DNA of 64,000 nucleotides from the human T2T-CHM13v2.0 reference genome, Homo sapiens. Under the pieces are notes generated by a model, which saw nothing but the letters and a program-made list of their open reading frames with translations, was not told where the DNA came from and ran no database searches. Position 1 is the first letter of the stretch. Each line of letters starts with the position of its first letter. The stretch is taken from NCBI RefSeq assembly GCF_009914755.1, contig NC_060926.1; one strand, written 5' to 3'. This document shows positions 52,360 to 64,000 of the stretch, one piece after another. The position numbers and the translations under genes were made by a program.

Positions 52360-53870
52360 TATCTCACATCTATTAGCTGTAAATTCCTCAAGTGCAGAAT
52401 TCTTCAAATCTTGCTTCTTACCTCACTGAGAACTTGTACAAGCCTTCATCACCAAATCTATCCACGTTCCTGCATCTGTGCCCACACATTTTACTTTCTT
52501 TCCTGCTATTATGGATGTACAGTCCTAGCTACAGCTAATCCCTCCACCTACACACTAAATCTCCCATTCCCTCTTGCTCATTAACACCACAACAGCAATT
52601 CTCCCATGATCTCTTCATTTCTTCTCGCCGCCTTCTCTACTTGATTACTGCCATTGGCATGGAAACATGTTGTTATTTCTCTTACCCTTAAGAAAAAATC
52701 CCTTGACCCTACCTCCCATACAGCTGCCATTTCAATCTTTTTCTTTACAGAAAAATTTCTTGGAAGAAATACCTATTCTAGCTGTCTTAAGTTTTTCTCC
52801 TCCCATTCCCTTTACAATTCACTACAATCAGATCTCCCCCGACTAACAGCCATCATCACACTCCTAAACTTTTCTTTTCAAGCTTATCAGTGACCTACAT
52901 GTTGCTAATCCAATGATCATGTCTCAGTTCACATCTTACTTGACCTATAAACATCTTTAGACAGTCCTTCACTATTTTTTTCAAAATAACAGGTCAAAGT
53001 TTGGTCAGGACTGCCTTGCCCTATTATTTTCAAAAACTTGAAAACTTTTTCTACTTTGCTTTGATGAAAACCCATTTAAATCGTTTATCACATATTTCTC
53101 TGGTTGCCCTTTCTTAGTATACTTTATTGGTTTTCTCCTGTCTTTGGGCCTCCTCTCTCAAATTCACTCACTCCCTCGAACTCCATCTTGTCTTGCGTCT
53201 TTAAATATGTGCTGATGGCTCCTAAATTCATTATCTCTATTCCAACTAAAATCCTGAATTCAAGACCCATATATCTATTTGCTATTCATCAGCTTTTTCT
53301 GAATGTCTAGTAAGTATTTCAAACAATAATGTCCAAAACTATGCCCTACCCCTTCCTTTTCCTACTACAACCACTTCCCTCCTTCAGTCTTTCACATCTC
53401 CATTCATGCCAATTCCATCCTTGCAAATACTGAGGCCAATAATGTTAATATTCAAATCTGACTGCTTTTTCTCTCAAGAGCCCAAATCCTAACACTTACA
53501 AATCTGGTCAAGACTGCCTTCAAAATGAATCCAGAACTCCACCAGATTTCACCACCTTTACAAATCACCAACATTTTGCTGGAATCATTGCAAATGTCTA
53601 CCATTAGGTCTTCTTGCTTCCAACTTTGCCTTCTCTCTCTTCTTAGAATATTTTCAATGGAACTCAGAGAATGATGCTGTCACTCCTCTGTTCAAAACCT
53701 CCAACGGCTTCCCATTTCATTGAGAGTAAAGCACAATTCCCAGCCTTTGAGTCTATCATCTGCTCGCATCCACCTAGTTATTAACTCTCAAACCTCACCT
53801 CCCATTACTTTCTGTCTCACTCACTATGCTTCTGCCACACTGGCCTTCTAAACGTTTCGAAATCACAACC
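52360..53870 (+). mobile_element. L2 fragments
   Basis: Pyrimidine-rich L2 motifs (gttgctaatccaatg, ctcctctgttcaaaacctccaacggcttcccatt). Confidence 0.65.
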
Positions 53871-54129
53871 GGTACCCTACACAAGAAGTAGGAATGGTGT
53901 AGGAAGGTAGCTCAGTGGCAGACAGGGCACTAACAAGTAGGGAAAACTGAGCAGCACCACAGTTTTACAGGGTTGGGAGACTGACTAAATATGAGGAATT
54001 CAGCCAATTAGTTACTATGTAATAACCGAACTAGGCTCATACTAATGGTAGAATAAATACAAATATGGGGGAGGAGGGTTGGGCACACTACAATGAACTC
54101 ATGGTGTTGAGCTGGAACTAGAGGTATCA

Positions 54130-54559
<430 letters not shown>

Positions 54560-56211
54560 ACGTGCATGCACATGCTTCCTGGATGTGACCACTGAAAGGG
54601 CCTGGTGTACAATAGATACTCCCATAGCAATGAGCTCATCTAGCACTCAGATCTTGGTTTTAAAATACTACTCTTCACTAAAAGGAACTAGGGCTCCTTG
54701 CAGAAATAGCTGATTCTAAGGCTGGAGTAGGAAAATGATAAGATGAGCTTGTAGCATCTTGTGCCAAAAAGGAAGGAAGTGCACAGGTGATAAAATGGCA
54801 TAGAGCTATACATACACAATGTATCAATGTCAATGTCCTCGTTTTGAGAATAAACTATAGTTATGTAAGATATAAACACTATGGGAAATGGGGTACACAG
54901 GACCATTCTGTACTATTTTTGCAAAGTTACTGTGAATTTATAATTATTTCAAGAAAAAAGTTTAAAAATAAGTAAAGAAGTGTACAAGGACTGATGGTGA
55001 CTTGTCAAGAGGACACATAAGCCAGTATGAAAGGGCTCCCAGTGGCAAATCTGGAACAATTTCTACAAAATAAATGGCTTGTAATCATCAAAACTGTCAA
55101 GAGCATGAGAGTCAAGACTGGGGAACTGTTCCAGATTGAAAGAGATTCGAGAGCCATGAGAGTTGGATGAATATATGATCCTGGGTCAGATTCTTTTGCT
55201 ATGAAGAACATTATTTGGACAGTTGACAAATCAAATGTTTTGTGTATGCAGTAAGTTTATAAAATTGTTTCAAAATAAGAAGTTTTTTAAAAACCACAAA
55301 AGGCATGCTCCTGACTCAGGGACTTTGGACTCACTATTTCCTTCTGTCAGAAAAGCTCACACCCATATAACTGCACCAGTTGGTGGTAGCTCTCCACCAA
55401 GTCTTCACTTAAAAGTAACCTTTTCTGGGAGAACTTATTATAATATGTAAACTTTAAAAATTCTATATTTCGCATTATCTTTGTTTTACCTTCTTTCTCC
55501 TTACCACTTATCACTATCCTACAAACAATTAAATTATTATCTAGCTCCTTATTAAAATGCAAACTGATAGGCAGGAATATTTTATCTGCTTTGTTCACTG
55601 CCTAAACCAGTGGTTGGCATGCCGTAGTTACTAAATATTCATTAAATGACTGAGTGTACATAAAATCCTTTAAACACAAGGGATTTAAGAATCAATTGCA
55701 AAATAAGTTCACTTTCTCAATCAAAGCAAAGGAATACAGAAACAGGTAAAAGAACTCCGCTGTTAACTTGATAGCTCCGGGATATCATTTCAACAAATAT
55801 GTCTACAGCATAAATGGATGAGCTAATGTCCTTGCCCAAAGGAGCTTAGTGAACAAACCTATTTCCATCAGCAAGCAAAGCCATAATACTGCAGCCAGCT
55901 AATACAGCAAGAAAATACCTACCAACACCATGTGGGAAATACAGTATAAACAATCCAAATGCTGACAGAGAGGAATTAACTATAGCAGACCTGCTTGAAA
56001 AATATGGGAAGATACAGAAAGCAGGTTTTCTTGGGGGAAAAAAGAATGACGCCAAACTAATATTCTAATAAAGTCAGTGGTATAAACCAAAAGACATATG
56101 TAACTGAGGTCTCGATATTTCATTACCACGTTTCCTTGAAAAACTACCGAGGCTATAATTACACTAACAACAATGGTTTCAATTAATTTACAGTATTATA
56201 AAACGTACTGA

Positions 56212-56690
<479 letters not shown>

Positions 56691-56784
56691 AGAAAACATT
56701 ATCTTAAAGAGACTTCTAAATAACAAATATATCTGAATCTAAACCAACACTTCTGAAAATGAAACATACCAAAAAGACTGTATA

Positions 56785-58465
56785 TAGTCAGCCCTCCATA
56801 TCCACGGTTTCTGAATCCACTGATTCAACAATCAGAACTGAAAATATTCAGGAAAAAAACCAACAGATTGTTGCATATGTACTGAACATACACAGACTTT
56901 TTTCCTTGTCATTAGTCCCTAAACAATACAATATAACAACTATCGGCGAAAAATGGGCTTGGGCGGCTCCTCGGTGGGTGGCGGTGGTGGCCGTAGCGGT
57001 CCTCCTGGCCCTGTTAATGTCAGGGCCAGGCCTGGGAAGGATGGCGCCCTAGAACCCGGCCTTGCTGGGGTAGGGGCAGGAGGGGACGGGGTGGGGACCA
57101 GCCATGTCAGAGGTGACCCGGAGTCTGCTGCAGCGCTGGGGCGCCAGTTTTAGGAGAGGCGCCGACTGCGACTCTTGGGGCCAGCTGGTGGAGGCGATAG
57201 ACAAGTATCAGATATTAGCAAGACATCTACAAAAAGAGGCCCAAGCTCAACACAATAATTCTGAATTCACAGAAGAAAGAAAACCATAGGCAAAATTGCA
57301 ACATGCTTAGAATTGCGAAGTACAGCTTTACAGTCCACACAGTCTCAAGAAGAATTTAAATTGGAGAACCTGAAGAAGCTAGAACCAATCCTAAAGAATA
57401 TTCTTACATATAATAAAGAATTCCCATTTGATGTTTAGCCTGTCCCATTAAGAAGAATTTTGGCACCTGGTGAAGAAGAGAATTTGGAATCTGAAGAAGA
57501 TGAAGAAGAGGGTGGTGCTGGAGCAGGGTCTCCTGATTCTTTTCCTGCTAGAGTTCCCGGTACTTTCTTACCAAGGTTGCCACTGGAACCAGGAATGACA
57601 TTACTCACTATCAGAATTGAGAAAACTGGTTTGAAAGATGCTGGGCAGTGCATCAATCCCTATATTACAGTTAGTGTAAAGGATCTGAATGGCATAGACT
57701 TAACTCCTGTGCAAGATACTCCTGTGGCTTCAAGAAAAGAAGATACATATGTTCATTTTAATGTGGACATTGAGCTCCAGAAGCATGTTGAAAAATTAAC
57801 CAAAGGTGCAGCTATCTTCTTTGAATTCAAACACTACAAGCCTAAAAAAAGGTTTACCAGCACCAAGTGTTTTGCTTTCATGGAGATGGATGAAATTAAA
57901 CTTGGGCCAATTGTAATAGAACTATACAAGAAACCCACTGACTTTAAAAGAAAGCAATTGCAATTATTGACCAAGAAACCACTTTATCTTCATCTACATC
58001 AAACTTTGCACAAGGAATGATCCTGACATGATGAACCTGGAACTTCTGTGAATTTTACCACTCAGTAGAAACCATCATAGCTCTGTGTAGCGTATTCACC
58101 CTTCAACAGGCAGGAAGCAAGCCGTACCCAGACCAGTAGGCCGGAGGGAGTCCAATGCAAAGCTGTACCACAAAATTCAAAGTCCAGCACATCACTGATG
58201 TATAGGACTCCTTTGGATACAGGTTTATTGTAGCTTTTGAAACATGTTTTACTTTCTATTAAAAAAAAAAAAAACTACCGGCATAGTATTTACATTGTAT
58301 TAGGCATTATAAGTAATCTAGAAATGATTTAAAGTATACAGGAGGATGGGCACACGTTATATGAAAACACTACACCATTTTATATAAGGGACTTGAGCAA
58401 GGATGGATTTTGGTATCCTCTAGAGGTCCTAGAACCAGTCTCCCACAGACTTCGAGGAATGACTG
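56785..58465 (-). mobile_element. MER2 DNA transposon split by the AIDA retrocopy
   Basis: Halves at 56785-56947 and 58283-58465 join into MER2; TIR ends ...gactg with flanking TA. Confidence 0.85.
56948..58272 (+). pseudogene. AIDAP1: Processed pseudogene of AIDA (axin interactor, dorsalization associated)
   Basis: Intronless. GC-rich 5'UTR, ATG at 57104 (MSEVTRSLLQRWGASFRRGAD...), ends LHLHQTLHKE* at 58020. Disabled by a frameshift near 57277 and a TAG at 57436. Poly(A) 58261-58272; TSD aacta(t/c)cggc at 56938-56947 and 58273-58282. The pseudogene number is from memory. Confidence 0.93.
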
Positions 58466-58776
58466 TATATGTACGCGTGTGTGCATATGCAGTATACACA
58501 AAATAAAGATGGTTTGATTTAATTGAGCTTATACACGACTCCCACCCATCTTACAACCTAACTGGTTCTTTGATAATGACTGAAATTTAAATTTGTAAAT
58601 AAAATTTGAATTTCCAATAGAAACAGTATTGCAAATTAGGGTTCTATACCTAGAAAGTTATTTCAGTCCCCATCTCCACCAAAAAATTGTTTTAAAAATC
58701 ACAAAAATGAGTATATGAAATATAAAAATGTAGTTTAATGTTCCTAATATGAAACCAATCAATTACTGTATTACAT

Positions 58777-59138
<362 letters not shown>

Positions 59139-60239
59139 TTATAAAATTACGTAAAATAAAAGTCAAACCAACATGGCCTAAAGATACTTTCTTTTCCTGG
59201 TAAATATCCCTGTAATAAATACTGTGTATTTCATTTCTGTTTTTAATTTAGCCCATGTTATGGTAATCTGATCCTAAAGTTTGGTGAGTTTTTTTAAGGG
59301 AAGTAGCTTGACTGCATTTGTGTCACCTGGTGTTAGCACTGATTACAACCTCACGGAATACTAAATGAGTTCTGGCCATCACTGTGAAGTCTTATTTACA
59401 ATTTTTAAAAAAAAGGTTAAAGCAGAGTTGGGTTCAAAGTCAAGCAGTTTTAAATGGGTGATTCCTACAATTAACATGCCTAATCACATGGCTTAGAATT
59501 GATGAAAGATATTGCCACATTATTGTGACATATACTGCAATACTGAGAGAATTCCTGGAGTACACAACTCATTGACTCTTAGATAAATTCCGAATATGAA
59601 CAGCAAATAACCAGATTGCAGAACGGTTACCAAATGGCAAACAAAATCATCACAAAATATTCTATTTTTTGATAATTCCTGAGAATGCAAAATAATATTT
59701 TATATCCTGGCATGCTCAACATTACTTACTACAAATCCACGCTCTGCAAAATTCACAAAAATATAAGCTCAATTCATAAAATTCATAAAAATAAAAGCTC
59801 AATTGAAGAAAGAATCATAGGTTGTATATACAACCTATGTCTGTTATATAACACACACTGACCACAACAGTGATTTACAATTTTAAGTTACACTAAATTA
59901 CTTAATTTTCCAGAATTTTGATCCATATAAATGATACACATTTATTCTCATCTACTCTTATTCTTGTAATAAAGCAAGGAAGATTTCACCTCTGTGAGAA
60001 AAATGTATCTATGACTCAAGTTTCATTTAGGACAACAGTTTTGTCCTGTCTCTGAGCCACAGCCTGCATCCTAGATTTCACCAGTAATATAGATGACATT
60101 CTGATCTCTAACTTACTTCTCCAACTCTCAACTAGCTATGAAATCAGCATGAGAGTAATTATAATATATCAAGCCCCTGAAATTCTACTATCTAGTACAG
60201 TGAAACACTTTTTAAAAAAACAAACAATTCTTAGACAAT

Positions 60240-62950
60240 CTGGAGATTTCTATCTCTACCAATGACAGACTAATTTGATAGAGCCAATCTTATTAATGAG
60301 GAAAAGCTTTAAAGGCCAAACGAATTTATTTTTAAAAATCTACTCAAGTCCTGGAGAGCCCCCAAAGCAGTAAAGATTTGAAACCAAAATCCTTGAGGCG
60401 GCAGGGTGGTGGGTGGAGAAAGAAGTGAACCTAAAGTTGACTACAAAGTTGCAGCTCTGAAGTTGAGAAGCCTAAGAGAGCTTCTAGCATTCTTGCAGAG
60501 TAGGGAACACAAAAATTAGAGTTCTGGACTTACGAAGAAGAAAAAGTCCAGGGTTTTTAATGGAGTCTACTAAAGGGCTATATCCTAGAAGTAATAAGGA
60601 AAAATAAAAACTAGACCAACCCTCAAAAGATTAAAAATCTGCCTCAAATCAGTTCAATTACTGAATAGATTAAGGTAGTCTGCCTCAACAGTAACTGCCA
60701 GAAGAAAACGTAAATCCTCCTGAAGACAATGTTACCTAATTCTATGCAATTTTTTCACATGCAATGCCCAGCAGTCAAACATTAGCAGCCATACCAGATG
60801 ATAAAACTAAAATATCATAAAATCGAGAGAAAGCGCACATGCGCGTGCACACACACACACACACACCCCTATAGGAGATCCAGAAACTTAACATAAACTT
60901 CAAAATCACTGCTATTAATATGTTTGAGATATCAAGATGGGGGATTTCAACAGAGAACTTGAAGAATATCCAGAATTATCTAGAAAGGCTATTACTATCC
61001 CCCTCCCTTTTCCAACTACAAATATGTACAATGATGATTTTTCCTCATTTACTTCAACAAATACAACATATCACAACTGATGACATGAAGAAGCAGATGA
61101 GAATCCAGCCGTCGTTTCATACTAAAGTCAGACACTAAAGATTTGCAAAATTACAGAGCAATGCCACTCTTCTCACTAAACTTTTTGTATTGAAAAACAT
61201 ATTTTTCATTAAGTACTACATAGGTGAAATTAAATGGCTTTATTACAGTTATTCTCAATAAATTAACAAATTCATATTTTAAAATTTTCTCAGTTTTTAG
61301 CATATACTTTATATTCTTTTAAACTCTAAGCTTCGTTTTAAAAAGGAGCTTTATTAAGGTAAAACTGACGTACAATAAAAGCACACATTTAAAGTGTACA
61401 ATTTGATAAGTTTTGTCAATACGTATACATCCATAAAATCATCACCACAGTCACTATAATGAACATAGCCATCAACCCACAAAGTTTCCTGTACTCCTTA
61501 AAAATCCCCCTCTCCTGCCCCTCTTCAAAAGCCCCCACTTTCTCCAAGCAACGAATGATTTGTTTTCCTATCACTATAAATTACTTTGAAGTTTATATAA
61601 TTAATGTAAATGAAATCAAATAGTATGTGCTCTTTATTGGACTGGTTCTTTCATTCAGTATAATTCTGAGATTCATCTTTTTTCCATGTATTAATAATGC
61701 ATTTGTTATTGCTGAGAATAGATGTTCCTCAACTTATGTTGGGGTTTTGTCCCTAAAACCTGTATACAAATGTTTTTAGCAGCTTTATAATTGCCAAAAA
61801 CTGGAGGGAACCAATATTGCTTCAATAGGTAAATGATAAACTGTGGTATATGGAATATTATTCAGCAATAAAAAGAAATGAATCATACAGCCACAAAAAA
61901 GACATGAACGAAACTTAAATGCATATTTCTACGTGAAAGAAACCATTCTGAAAAGCCTACGCACTGGACAATTCCATTTATATGACATTCTGGAAAAGGC
62001 AAAACTAGAGATAGCAAAAAGCTCAGTGGTTGGAGGCAACAAGAGGAAAAAGAAAGGAGGATGATGAAGTGGAGCACGGGGGAGTTTTAGGACAGTAAAA
62101 CTCTTTTGTATGATACTGTAACTGTGGATACTTGATATTACACATCTGTCAAAACCCAAACAAATGTACAGCAAAGAATGAACCCTAAAGAAAACTATGT
62201 ACTTCAGTTAATAATAATGTATCAACATTGGTTCATTAACTGTATGTAACAAGTGTATCACACTAAGGTACGATGTTAATAACAGAAACGGAAGGGGATG
62301 GAGTAGCTGTTACATGGGACCTCTGTACCATCTGCTTAATTTTCTGTAAACCTACAACTGTTCTAGTCTATTAACTATTAACTAAAGACAAATTAAAACT
62401 AACAAGAAAGACTCTGACCAGCAGTGAATAAATGGGACAAATTTACGCTCTTCTACAGCAGATGCTACCATATTTAAAATATTTTTGGGTTTTATAAGAA
62501 TAAAATTATCTCTTATTGATGTTTTAATTTTTATATTTTTAAATCCTGAGCATTATTTTTGTCGTTTGCATTTCTTTGGTGAATTGTCTAAATCCTGGTA
62601 CCATGTTTCTATTGATATTTGAGGTTTTATGGTGAATTTGTATAACCTCTTTATGTTAAAAATAATAGTGCTGTGTCTGCCTTTTGGGGCATATGGTTTT
62701 CCTCAGTTTTTTTCTCTCTCTTTTAACTTCTCGTTTAGTTTTGTTCACTTTCAGTAAATAAAAACTACATTATGATTGTTTTCATATCTATTATGTTTAG
62801 ATCAGACGGGAATTTGTATAGTTTCATTTTGTTTATGGTTTCTCACTTTACCTTTATCCTCTTTGATTATCTGGAGTTTATTTTGGTGCATGTTATAAAG
62901 AGAGAAAATAACCTAATTTTTCCTCTCAAATATTTAAACAACTTTTAAAA
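60240..62950. mobile_element. Mosaic of old L1M fragments (both strands) and a Charlie-like fragment (~61000-61310)
   Basis: L1M 3'UTR motifs (aattccatttatatgacattctggaaaaggcaaaact, +; aaagtgtacaatttgataagtttt, -). Confidence 0.55.
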
Positions 62951-64000
62951 GCATTTTTTACAAATATAAATTTTTACTTTGTCCTTATTATAAAAACATT
63001 TAACACTAACTGAAGAAATGTCAGAAGTACAGGAAAAAATTACAGCATTTTTCCTAGAATCTGCATAAATATATATAAGAACATTCTTTGATACTCAGAT
63101 GTAAAGAAAGTGACTCAAAAATCCTTTGGTAGGGGTAATGGATAAATAATTTATCCAAGCAATGGAATATTAAAAGCTATTAAAAATAAGGTAGATTTAA
63201 ATGTATTACTATAGAACTATGATAAATGAATAAAGCATTTATAATGATACCAGAAAAACTATTTGCAGTCAACAATTTGTATTTCACAGTAATAGTAATG
63301 TTCTCCTCATAGTCTAATGTAGCATCTAAAAACATTACTATGAATGTTTTCTAATTTGCTGCTCTCTTTATACCAATTTTGACTGACATACGTCCTTTGT
63401 ATGTTCTTTAAAGAAACTGACTGCATTGCACATGCTGTTTAGTTACTATTATTCACTAAAACACAGTACTGTTAAAGGTATTTAAAATAGTGTTTAGGAA
63501 TAGTTTAGAACTTCATTTACCAGTACATTTATTGGTACCAACATATTACAATTTCCAACATATACCATATTTACATGAATAAGGTTTCGTATCTGCCACA
63601 TTTTACATGCAAAACCCAGTAAGTTTAGGAAAAAAACCCCAACTATACATATCCTCAAATTTGCTTTTCATAGTTCCTTTTAGAACACTGTTGAAATCAA
63701 CTTATACAAGCTACAAAGCTGTATCATAACTAAATGTGGCCAGTATCTCAGCACCCATGATTCACTGTTTTGCATTTGCCACTAAAGATGTTCTTCAAAT
63801 AGCTAAACCATATTGTGGTATGTGATAAAGCCAGGCAAATATGATGCTTAAATATAGATGTCCTTGAAAATTATTCATCTCTTTAAATAGCATATCCAAA
63901 AACTTTCTCCTGTGAAAAGAGCTGCAAAAAAGGAAAAATGTATATTACAAATGAGACTATAATCCCTAAAGGAATGTGTCCAAAAAGCTGAATTATTACT

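Noticed and set aside
56950-57200. GC/CpG-rich patch as a possible ROCK2 promoter or exon 1
   Set aside because: It is the 5'UTR and first codons of the AIDA retrocopy, inside its TSDs.

Overview
This is human genomic DNA (it carries young AluYa5 and AluYb8 insertions) and lies entirely inside the ROCK2 gene, which is transcribed from the minus strand. Only two coding exons are present: exon 2 (36703-36784) and exon 3 (35587-35687), encoding the N-terminal extension and the Gly-rich loop of the kinase. The rest is intron 1, 2 and 3 sequence densely filled with repeats: about 38 Alus by hand count, nested old L1s, L2, MIR, CR1/L3, THE1/MST LTRs and Tigger/hAT DNA-transposon relics. Two retrocopies lie antisense to ROCK2. 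One is an AIDA processed pseudogene inserted in a MER2. The other is a TSD-bounded ~2.6 kb ZNF654-derived retrocopy that appears to preserve a truncated, intronically or alternatively polyadenylated isoform. Other notable structure includes an ~88 bp mitochondrial 16S NUMT, a ~4.6 kb inverted-duplication/inversion scar, two locally templated insertions, and a 183-nt stop-free exon 2-3 unit next to a human-specific inverted Alu (a circRNA candidate). I found no evidence of a wholly new gene system, and nearly all listed ORFs are repeat-derived. Gene, repeat and subfamily calls come from recalled consensus sequences, not from database searches.
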